A stretch of DNA of 64,000 bases, taken from the NCBI RefSeq assembly GCF_006345805.1, contig NC_043004.1, positions 63,798,001 through 63,862,000 on the forward strand, given 5' to 3'. A program made the translations under genes and the position numbers. The notes under the pieces are model-generated. The model was not told where the DNA came from. It saw only the letters and a list, made by a program, of their open reading frames with translations, and did no database searches. This document shows, in pieces, positions 52,771-64,000 of this stretch (the first letter of the stretch is position 1; each line of letters starts with the position of its first letter). The DNA is from Octopus sinensis. Its lineage: Eukaryota.

Positions 52771-53249
52771 CCTTTATAGCGTGAAGCCATTCAAAAATTA
52801 TGTTCTTCCCTTCTTACTCGTAAACAACGTGTTAAGTGCAACAGGTTGTCATGAAGTATGGTCGGACACAGAAGCAGATCGGATTTCCGTGCCCATGAAA
52901 GAATGAGTAGGTTGCTGAACTAGCAGACATCTGTAGGATCTATGTTTAAAACTGTTGCGGTCAAACTCTTTTTGGACGGCCATAGAATGAAAACTGTATA
53001 TCTTAAGCTATAGGTTAGCATTAGGATACAGCAGCAATGGCGAATAAGGAAGAAAATGGTGGCCTCACTATGTCTTGGTGATTACTTATCATAAGTTTTA
53101 TAAGCGCCTGCTCGCCGGGTAAAAGAATGATGTTAGAATAAATGGTGAGAGATGCTCGTCTAAATAACAGTCAAAAGGATTTGGAAAGCGAGTTAATTGA
53201 AATGTTATTTAAAACGTTCGTTTCATTTCATTGACTCTTCATGAAAGCT

Positions 53250-53550
53250 AAATGCTAAATATTAATTCGCATTTGTAGCACTAATACTGAGGATTATAGC
53301 CCACTAAGATTTATAAATCTTTATCGATTAAAACAGAAGTGAGATTTTTTCAATAAACGCAATGACTAAATATTAGATATTCAATTCAGTAATTCAATGA
53401 GACACTTATCTGAAAGTCGTCAATGACCGTAGCAAACAGTGAGGAGCCCGAAGAGTCTCCTTGTTGAATACCGGTAAATGACATAGTGTAGTAGTTATCA
53501 AAAGAAAAAGATCTGGGGTTTGTCAATTGAATCTGAAATCAAGCCATTAT
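53250..53550 (-). mobile_element. Very old non-LTR RT remnant (CRE/NeSL-like)
   Basis: Minus frame reads TGIQQGDSSGSSLFATVIDD, resembling the RT motif GVQQGDPLGPxLF. No other intact motif. Confidence 0.35.
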
Positions 53551-53640
53551 TATAGATTTGACAACAGAAACTAATCATGCCACAAAACGAATTTCATATA
53601 ATATCCTGCTATTGAGTGCGTCTTAATATTCTTTTCTACT

Positions 53641-53792
53641 CCAGGCACAAGGCCCACAATTTTGAGGGAGGGAGCCAGTCGATTAAATCGACCCCAGTAC
53701 GCAACTGGTACTCAAATTATCGACTCTGAAAGAATGAAAGGGCCCTAAGCATTTCGGCCGGCGTGCTAACGTTTCTGCCAGCTCGCTGTCTT
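53641..53792 (-). mobile_element. tRNA-derived SINE, internally deleted
   Basis: Head and core of the main family, with the B-box region missing. Confidence 0.75.
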
Positions 53793-56210
53793 TAGGCGTG
53801 GTAGTATTACAAACGGTCCGATGGACATTTGGATAAAACACCGAGAAACATGAATTGCGACTTCACAAACATTTTCGATGCCAGCAGATTCTTCGGTAGC
53901 CATAGAAAAACCATAGACTTTAGGTTGCTTTGTGCATTACAACTGCAATGGACCTTTCATTTTTCTTAAGAGCAATTGGGCACTGTAGAGTAATGACAAT
54001 CAGAAAATTCTATTGTTAGTAATACTGATGCATAATGTAGACAATAGTAATATCAAAAAATCATACAACGTAGCTCTTGTTGACTTTGGAGAGATTCGGT
54101 CTTAGAGGTCGAATCACTGGAGAAAGAAAGAACAGCAGCTATTTGTTCCTTACTAATGTCCTTCCATATGCTATATATATACATTGTGGTGGCTGCATTT
54201 TGAGTGTGTAGTGTAACTGTTAATATGAACGTCGCATAGAAACGTATTATTCTTGTTCCCAATTATATCTTTCTTATTTTACTAGCAGAAACTGAAGAAT
54301 GACGTATGTCTCTTTATTTAGATTATTTTCATTTTCACGAAGTACGTGTTATTTGTTTCAGCCATGTTTTTTTCTTACAGAATGAAAAAAAATCCTGCAT
54401 TTAATTCCAAAACAATCGCACTTTATTTTAAAAGTGTGATTTTAAAATATCACATTTATAAAATTAAAACAAAGACAATTACATCAACAACGCGTATTTA
54501 TAACATCACCAGACTTTTCTGTATAAGGTTTTATGAAACTAACGGGAGACTTTGTTCGTCATCACTCAACCTGCGAATAAAAAATATCTCGGTTTTCATC
54601 ATATCATGTCCAATCGAAACATAATGAAAGGAAAGCATTAGATAATGCTGTAGTTTTGGAATGTTCATGGTTGGGACATCATTTATTAGACGTCTGATTA
54701 ATCACTGGTAATAAACAACAATATTAGATAGAGTTAGGTCTAAATTTTCACAGAAGTTATTAAACCACTTTTGAATTTCCCCAAATGTAACTATTTTTAT
54801 AGAACGAAAACAAGGAAGTATCTAAGCTTTGAATATATCAAAGAAATGTAACTCTGCTATCTAAGAAAATAAGAATGCATTGAATATTGTGGTCTTTGGG
54901 GCTTTATGTTTCAAATAAAAGACAGGATGACTACAACTGGAACACTTTTGATCATTTGTTTGCATGATGATGGGTGATCAGTCTCTAAACACTAACAAAC
55001 AGCACCCGTAATAAAACTTCTTACAAAACTGTTTAACGGAGAATCTTTTACGTGTCTCAGGATCTACGCGTCAAAACAGGTAAATCTCCCGCAAATCACA
55101 TTCTACCGTCTTCGAAAAGATCGAGCACATTAATTACTGTGGTCTTGTGTACTTTGCCTAGGAAAAGCAGGATGGTCACGACCGGAAAGTTTTTTATCTT
55201 CGATCTCCGAGAGCAGATTTGGCTTAAGGATACCCAAACAAAAACGACAGCAAAAGAGGAGAAAAGAATGATTCGGCCCGGAATATTTGACTTGCTCGTA
55301 TAACCAATTAGAAATAGCAGCCAAATTCCATCAAATACATTCGCTAATGTCTTAGGAAAGATGGACGTATTGAATAATGCAATCTAGTGTTCAGTATGAC
55401 TATTCATAGGGAGCTAAATAATAACAAGAATAACAACAACAGCAACAACAACGGCAATAACAGAAAGCTTTTGGTGGGGAAAAACCCATCAATTTTACTT
55501 CCAAGGATATTTAACAAAAACAACAGCCATAACAAGGACAACATCAACAGCCAAAGCAACTTCCGCCAAAACGATATTCTGCTTTAAAGGAAGCATTCTT
55601 TCATTCATGAGACAAGAACACATCAAGCAAAACACAATTTATTAGTTTAATTTCCGTTATTTTTAATAAAGAAAATTTAATGAGCAGATATTTGATGACT
55701 CTATCTTCTGCTAGAAGAATAATTAATTTCTGAAAATGTCTTGAAAGTTATTTATAACAAACAACAACGAAAATTAATATTCTAACTTGAAAAGATTAAT
55801 TTCTTTTTTTTTATTATTATTAAATTAACGAGTGACCGTGTACACGTTCTGTAACTTGAATCAAATGGCCCACATTCAATGTGCAGGTTCGAGTATATAC
55901 TTCGAAACCATCCTGTTATGCAGGGCTTTGGTCGTGTACGTCTTCTATCATAACGTTGGCTTTAACAGTATCTCACGAGTAGACATTTCTATGCCGGAAG
56001 TGTGCAGAATTCCGTTATATAGATATAAATATAAATATATACGCGTGGTTATACACACACGCATACACACACACATGCATTAATATATGGTAAATGCGTA
56101 AATGCGTGTTTGTGTCTTCCGCTTCTTTATTCTATATTGGCCAAGTATTAATAACGACGACATAAAAACCAAATCAAAAGCAATGTTTTTCAATTAATTA
56201 TTTCTGTTAT

Positions 56211-56415
56211 AGGCACAAGGTCCGAAATTTTAAGGGGGTGGGCGATCAGTCGATTAGATCGACACCAGTACGCAACTGGTACTTAATTTATCGACCCCGA
56301 AAGGATGAAAGGCAAAGTCAACCTCGGCGGAATTTGAACTCCGAACGTAAAGACAGACGAAATATCGCTAAGCTTTTCGTCCGGCATGCTATCGAGTCTG
56401 CCAGGTCACCGCCTT
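56211..56415 (-). mobile_element. tRNA-derived SINE
   Basis: Full head, B-box (ggaatttgaactc on +) and core. Confidence 0.85.
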
Positions 56416-56460
56416 TATACTTTTCAATTAATGTTACTAATGATACTTGTTCTGCACAAA

Positions 56461-56517
<57 letters not shown>

Positions 56518-59500
56518 TTTATACAACATGGGTATGCATACATGCATACATACATATACACATAGACGTATATTTATATATATGTGTGTGTTTATGCATG
56601 TATAACACACACACACGCACACATATATGTATGTATTCATATACGGTATATACTAAACGCGTGTGTGTGCCTTTCACTGATATATTTATATTTTTTCTGC
56701 TCTAGTCACACAGCCCAAATTTTGGGGGAGAGGTCTCGTCGATTAGATCAACCCCAGTATGCAAGTGGTACTTAATTTATCGATCCCGAGGTGAGGAAAA
56801 ATAACCCAACCATGATTTCAAACTTCGCTAAATAACGGTTTGAAATTTTGTCACAAGAGCAACAATTTCAACAAAGAGAGTAAGTCATTTAGATCAATCC
56901 CAGTGCTCAACTGGGAATGATGAAAGGTAAAGTAAATATCGCTGAAATTTGAACTCAGAACATAGAGAGCCAGAAGAAATGCTAGTAACCATTTTTCTGC
57001 GCTAAAGAATGTTTATATGATCCTTCACATAAACGCATGCATAGACGCATACACACACATACTCTCACACACACACACGTACACATACACATCCAAGCAC
57101 ACATCACACATCATACTCACTCATTCACACTGGTAAAACCTGTACATTTCTTTTAATTGGTGTTGCCGGACATCAAATCTAAAAGGAAACTGAAAAAGTC
57201 GTTCTGTTGCTCTGAATCTTTGTCTTTGAAAGGAAAACAATACTTAAATGACCTCAGGATTATTGATGACTTAAAGTAAGTCCCAAATAGACGAAACTTG
57301 TAGTATTAATACTGCCTTCATTATACATCTATACTACAACATATATACCCACAAAGTATTTGATAATTATACACTTACGACCAACAAATTAATTGGCTAG
57401 TTTATATATAAGACAAGTTAATTATGGTATCTGTCCAAAACCAGAGTCAAATCGTAAATACCGGGTTTTAAATATTATTTCTTTCCTAACCTTACTGCCT
57501 AGCTTTATCAAAAGTATATTTCTAATGCGGTCTACGGTTATATAACATACGATGCATAAATACTTTCATTGGAAATACTTTTCTTGATAAAATGTTTTTA
57601 TAGTTGGTGTGAATCACTGATGATAATGTAACATGAATTATGTGGCAATCATTAGTATATGTACAGAAGGTTCGTCGTTGACAAATGTCACTGCCTTACA
57701 GGTTTGGGTCAGCCATCCAATCAACAATACATAATAAATGAACTGATTTCATTAAAGTCACTATATTTTACGCGAAATTCCTGAGACATTTCCAACGTTG
57801 GTCTGATTTCACTAAATTTAAACTTTCGAATGTCTTAACTAATCAACGAGAGAATATTTCTACTTGATTTGAATGAAATAAAGACATTCTCTTGACAATC
57901 TATTTCAGAGTATATATCTTCAAATTTAGATCGATTATTCGCATTTAGGTGCTTAATATTGATTTATTACAAACGCCGAAGAACATTGTGTTTCCAGGAG
58001 CGGGCAAATTACATTAAATTATGTACGTAGCGTTCTTAATCCCATTAGCTACATAAAGTAAAGGTAAACTTAGTCCTGGAACTGATTGTTACACTAGACA
58101 ACTCATAATTATCTTATAACATCAAGCCAATCAAAGAGACTGTATGCCATCGCCCGATCTGCTAAAGCAAGCATCAAAACCTGCATCGAATCACATCCAA
58201 CCACACTGAAATTTGAAGGTTACATTGGATAATGTAGTTCTAAATGCCTTATATCAGTTTAAAAATGTGTTATGGCTTATCTAGTCAGTATGTATCTATC
58301 GACTTTATCAATGTCATATGCATGTTTGGCTAGGCTAACAAGGATCCACGTAACGACATTAACAACAATATTACAAACACCTTGCAACCTATGTTACTTC
58401 ATCACTCCGCTTTGCTATCACTACTAGGCCTCTGTTCTTCGGAGCTGACACAAATCTTGTTTCTTCTAACTAGGAACATCTGACTCACTTATGTTTCTTC
58501 TTCTTGTTCCCCATTGCGCTCCTCCAATTAGCCGTGTTTAGCGGTATTTTCCTCCTACATGTTATCTGGAACTCCCTTCACATCCATGTTTGTTTGTTTT
58601 TGCCGCTGTTAAAAACAACTTCTTATGGAAATCAACCTAGTCGATATTACCGGTGTATGATAGCCTACAACGACCGTAGCCACACCATTCCTACAGAGCA
58701 AGTCATAATTAAATAAAAATAATAAAGTATTAGGAGGCGTTACGAATATCCGAGTGTGAGACAATTTTAAAATATGAACAGCACGTAACTAATAAGGTCC
58801 TCGCATGATGTCCATATCCAGTAGTCTTAACTTTCATAGTTGAAGGCAATCTTGCTGTAAATTGGTATCCATGGATGGTAGCGTTTACCCCAGTAGACAG
58901 TGGTTTAGCTGAAAAATTGACGAGTGCTCCGTTAGTTCGTAGCACCCATATGGATAATGTCTCAGAGTATAATTTCTAGTAAATTAAGAAACGGAAAACT
59001 ACATCATTTAGGCGTATTCACCTCTAATGTTCGATTGGTTATATGACTTACAATTAGCAACAGCATAGATGAATTAGTTCCTTATAATTTTACATTTTAT
59101 GAAGAAAAGACTCGTCGGTGAAACGATCGAAACTGATTCACTGCTTTAGATAAATGACAAGAGAACGCCTGTTCTCCGATGAAACAAATATAAGTGTTTG
59201 TTTGTTTTTTTTGGGGGGAGGGGGATCACCAGTCCCTCTGTTAACTTGCTGATGTTAAACCTTTTGTGGATAGGAAGCAAGGGCAAGAGAAATTGATGCA
59301 GATTTTCCAAATACAATCTATTTGTGGCCTAGGGAAGATTTGTAAACCATTACAAAAATTCTCCATCGTGAAAAGATGAAGCGCATCGACAACTGAATCA
59401 ACACACGATTCAACCACAATTCTACAAATACCGGGAACTCTCTCAACTCAAAAAGTCGAGTCGCTATGTTAGCGATCGGTTTAAACTCTCCTAAAACTTA

Positions 59501-59519
59501 AATAAAACTCAGAGAAACA

Positions 59520-59576
59520 TCATACATACATACGTACATACATGCACATACAAACAGACGCATATATATATATTAT

Positions 59577-59614
<38 letters not shown>

Positions 59615-59836
59615 ATTCATATATATATATGCATGTATGCATGTATGTGCGTATGTATGTGTCTACGTATGTAGGTATACATATGTATGACTTCTTATAT
59701 GTGTATGCATGTGTTTGGGTATGTGTGCGTGTGCATTATGTATGTATGTATCTATGTACGTATGTACGTATGTATGCATGTAGGTATGTAAGTATGTATG
59801 TATGTATGCATGTATGTATGTATGCATGTATGTATG

Positions 59837-59870
<34 letters not shown>

Positions 59871-59975
59871 TGTATGTATGTATGTATCTATGTGTGTATG
59901 TATGTATGTATGTATGTATGTATGTATATATGTATGTATGTATGTATGTGTGTGTGTATGTATGCATGCATGTAT
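59520..59975. repeat. Compound (TA)/(TATG)/(TG) microsatellite
   Basis: Directly visible. Confidence 0.93.
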
Positions 59976-61004
59976 AAGGACAAAGATGGTGCTTGTGGAA
60001 GTGGAACAAAAGCAGCTCTTCAAATCACTATGATATTCAATTGACTATCTACAGCGCAAAATGCAGATTTGTTTGCGTGCCTGCGCGTGTGTGTGTGCGC
60101 GCGTATGTGTGCGTGTGTGTGCATTTTATGTTTGCATGTGTGTGTATGTGTGTGTGGATACACTTGTGCGAGTATATATGTCTGCGTTTGTGTGTGTATA
60201 TATATAAAGTATAACTTGTTCTAATGAAAAGAAGTGATCGACCTCGTGGGTGGAATTTTGGTTGGTATTTCTAATTATTATAATATATTTCCATATATTA
60301 TCTCTATGATCAACAGCAACGTGGATTGAAGCCATTTTCAGTGGAAACGTATTTATTTATATATTTTGTTTGATTTTTTTATTTATGCATTTTTGTATAA
60401 TTGTCTGAGTGTTGTGACGGTATAGATGTTACGAGGTTCGAGCGCAGAAAGTATTTCTGTCGATACCTGAATTGAATAACAATTTCACCATTTGTCGACT
60501 ATAGAGTGCTTATCACAGTGATTCATTAATGAACTAGGTAGCTAGAGGATAGGATAATTCTTCAATATGCCACATACCAGCTTTGATTGGAAATAATTAC
60601 TTCTGCAGTATCAGGTATCTAGAAAACAGGAAATTGAGTCCAGTATTTACAATGAAAGAGCAACAATAAAACTAATGGATAACGCCGAACTAAATCCTCT
60701 TCTTGTTTTCCATTAACTACACCAGTCGTTTCATTCAAAATAAAAGAAAAAACAAAGATGAGGATTCGCGAAATATGCATGCTGATCACAACTCCTGTCA
60801 AATATTTTGTTTAAATTGTGTGAACGTGATTTTCAGTCTTTGAAACGATTAATGTTTTCTAGTGTAACAAACAACAGTTCTCGATTCTCAAGTACCTCTT
60901 TATATATATTTTTTAAGTTTTCAATCTCGATGATTCGTGAAGTAATAAGATATAATACAGACATGAAGTAATACTAGTAATAATGGTTTCAACTTTTGGC
61001 GCAA

Positions 61005-61818
61005 AGCCAGCAATTTCGAAGCGTTGAGGATATAAGTCGATTACATTGATCCCAGTACACAACTGGTACTTATTTTATCGACTGCAAAATGATGAAAGGC
61101 AACGTCGATATCAGCTGGATTTGAACCCAGTACGAAAAGATGGACGAAATGCTGCGAATCATTTTGCCCGGGGTGCTAAAGATTCCACCAGCTCACTGCC
61201 TTAAAAAATATTAATAATTCTTTCCAATATAGACACAATGCCTGAAATTTAGACGAGGGGACCAGTAGATTGCATCGACACCGGTGTTTCACTGATTCTT
61301 AATCTATCGACCCCGAAAGGATGAAAGGCAAAGTTGATCTCGGCGGAATTTGAAATCAGAACATAAGGACGGACGAAATACTGCTAATTGTTCGGCTTGC
61401 TAACGACTCTGCCAGCTCGCCACCTTAATAATAATATTTATTGATATTTCTACTCTAGACACAAGGTCTTTAAATTTTTGGGGAAAGGGGACTAGTCGAT
61501 TATATCGACTCCAGTGCATAGCTGGTACTTATTTCAGCAACCACGAAAAAATGATAGGCAAAGTCGACCTCGGCGGAATTTGAACTCAGAATATAGCGGC
61601 AGACGAAATACCTACCCACAAGGGGCTAAACACAGAGAGGACAAACAAGGACAGACAAACGGATTAAGTCGATTATATCGACCACAGTGCGTAACTGGTA
61701 CTTATTTAATCGACCCCGAAAGGGTGAAAGGCGGAATTTGAACTCAGAACGTAGCGGGTGACGAAATACCACTAAGCATTTCGCCCAGCATGCTAACGAT
61801 TCTGACAGCTCGCCGCCG
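61005..61818 (-). mobile_element. Cluster of four head-to-tail tRNA-SINE units
   Basis: Units at ~61005-61203, 61220-61427, 61455-61612 and 61613-61818, separated by short (TAA)-rich spacers. Confidence 0.85.
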
Positions 61819-61831
61819 TAATAATAATAAC

Positions 61832-61866
<35 letters not shown>

Positions 61867-61867
<1 letters not shown>

Positions 61868-63500
61868 TCTTTTACTGGCCATAAGGGCTCACAAACAAAA
61901 CATTAAAAGACATGCAACAACATAAAAGACAGAAACAGGACGATAAAATGGGTTTTCGCGTGTACCCAATATGAACAACAGTTAAAAACAAATTAAACTG
62001 CCAATAGGGAAGGCGCTTTAAGGTCATCGTGAAAAAACCCCACAAAAGCCACGGGTGCCCGAACAACGGTGCGTGAGCCTTCTTTTTTTACAGGTGCACG
62101 TTTAGAATGGCTCCTTTCACATTGGCCATTCTTCCAACATTCACCTGCCTTTCAACAAACTTGCTACAAGACAACACTTCCCTCTCCACCATCAACTTCT
62201 TTTTCCGAAGAGGAAAATGTCTATCTTTAGCCCTTTCAAACGGGTCCATCATACTAACTCTTTCGCTACAGCCACTAAACAAATAAAAATTCCCTTCCTT
62301 TCCCAGCCAAAAGAAGATGGCGTGCCATTCTTCAAAATGGATTCAGCTGATAGCCGGATCCGATCCAGTCGCGACAGCTTTAAAATGAGAACTGTTCCTA
62401 GAAAACCCACCAGGCCCCAGAAGGAATCTTCCTGCCCCGCCTCAGTCGATGCCTATACATTTACTAATTTGAAAGCACCCATTTCACTTCAAGGACCGAC
62501 AGTGTCTCGATAAAGCCTTTTCGAAACAGCACTGCCATGCTGTCTTCCATTCCAGTGAGGTTCAGAGATGCGCAGATTTTAAAGTCATCAAAAATGGCCG
62601 CCAAAGCGCGCGTGCAGGGCATCCTGCTCTTCCTGATGACCATCACATTCATATCTAGTGATCTGATATCATTGACCAAGCGTCCCTGTTTCCAAGCCAC
62701 ACCTATTTTCGGGCCACATCTAATTATAAATCCCACTAGTACATTTCATATGTGTTGCTTTTATTGGTTCTGTTTCAATATTTGAGTGAATGATTGTGTG
62801 TTTTGTTGTGGTTGCTGGATCGGTTGTGTTTGACTGTTGTTGTTAATGCTGCTATTCTTTTTCCTTAATTAGTTGTTGTGATTAAACGACGGTCTTTCTC
62901 TCTTTTTCTTTTGTTCCTCTGACGACAAAACGTTTTCCATTGTTGTCATCTTGTCTCGTCATTTGATGAGAGGTCATAGAGAAGAATAAAGGGGTGATCA
63001 GTGAACGTATACCAACTGACCTGGAAAAACATGGCCCAATCATTCTTGTTTGTTTCGTTAGGGGCGTTCATGTGAGACGTCTTCTTTTGAACTTGATGTT
63101 GTCTTTCGCTACTCTGGTTATGGTTTGGGTTTCTGTTATTGTTACCACTTCAGTTGCTGCTGATGTAAATGTGGATGTGGTGTTGGCAGCTTGGGGGTTT
63201 TACACCGTTTTTCCTCGAAGAGAGAAAACATTCTTTTGTTTAGGGCTACCTCACGTAAAGCACTGTGTCTTCTGACTTCTACCACAACTCTCATTTAGTC
63301 TTCACTGATTCAATTCATAGGACTGAGTATCCTTTGGAATTTCATATGTATGAACAACATCTGAAATTGAAGTTTGGAGAATTAAAGATTTTGCTTGTAT
63401 TACCGCTGAGTCTTGGCTCCGCAGTTGTACGAGTAGAATTCGCGGATACGTTGCTAATTTTCTAATGTTCAGCGTTTTCATTTACAGTATTGATGTTGTT
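61867..63500 (-). mobile_element. Tx1-like LINE derivative: ORF1 remnant and endonuclease N-terminus joined directly to the ORF2 C-terminus and 3' UTR
   Basis: Minus strand: LATYPRILLVQ...VVVE...QCFT*G (ORF1 knuckle-like); MGFII...KQGRLVNDIRSLDMNV...VNV*AS (APE endonuclease); VEREVLSCSKFVER...LNVHL* (C-terminus); UTR ending tggccagtaaaagaa plus (TTA)n. The 5' boundary is uncertain. Confidence 0.6.
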
Positions 63501-64000
63501 AAACTTTATCGTTGTAATTGTAGTTGTTGCTATCGCCGTTATTCATTTTAGCCATGGTAATGTGAGTGAATAATGGTGGCAGCGATATTAGTGGCGGGAC
63601 TGTCGACATATATTTTTCATTTATTGTTATTGTTATCGCTGCCATTTATGAACGGCAGTACTGGTGGTGGTGGTGAGGGGGCTGGTGAAGGTAGCCGTGA
63701 GGGTGATAGCGGTGCTGAATTTTACTGGCTTTATAACTGCAAGGGCAGTATCATGTTTGCGGTTTTCTCCCCCCGTGTTGTCATTATATTCCATGCTTTG
63801 GTTTTTTTTTTTTACTTTTCTATTTTTTTTTTTAATTACTGACTTGCAGAAAAAAAAGAACACCCACAGATTCCGCCCCGAAGGTCCAAAACAGACCTGA
63901 ACTCTTGCCTTTCAGGATGCTGGTTAGCTTAAAAACGAGACACAGTACAAACATGAGTTCTCAGATAGGTTATTTTGGCAATACCAAAACAACAACAGTA

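Noticed and set aside
54053-54262. 69-aa minus ORF with a hydrophobic N-terminus (signal-peptide-like)
   Set aside because: No recognisable domain and no linked exons; short ORFs like this are expected by chance.
58730-58945. 71-aa minus ORF as a possible exon
   Set aside because: No motif recognised and no supporting splice chain.

Overview
AT-rich, microsatellite- and transposon-dense animal DNA. The tRNA-SINE family and repeat landscape suggest an octopod cephalopod (inference). The only host gene I can support is the 3' end of an M13 (neprilysin/ECE-like) zinc metallopeptidase on +. It has four exons (2820-2885, 4132-4230, 5243-5319, 33459-33558) with canonical AG/GT sites and matching phases, and it contains the ENIAD, HAP and terminal W motifs. 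Its last intron is 28.1 kb because it holds two abutting insertions. The first is a decayed Penelope-like retroelement (RT + GIY-YIG) bracketed by 133-bp inverted repeats (5751-8960). The second is a 23.4-kb element (8961-32332) with terminal inverted repeats and a TA target duplication, whose interior is about 350 tandem copies of a 66-bp monomer that also forms part of the TIR, i.e. a satellite grown inside a foldback/MITE-like DNA transposon. The many repetitive ORFs at 9-32 kb are translations of this satellite. Downstream of the gene are a mosaic of locally duplicated and inverted modules carrying an RTE fragment (34.5-39.3 kb), Tx1-like LINE remnants, mariner/Tc1 remnants, a probable solo LTR, many SINEs and long microsatellites. 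All alignments and counts were done by eye and should be confirmed computationally.
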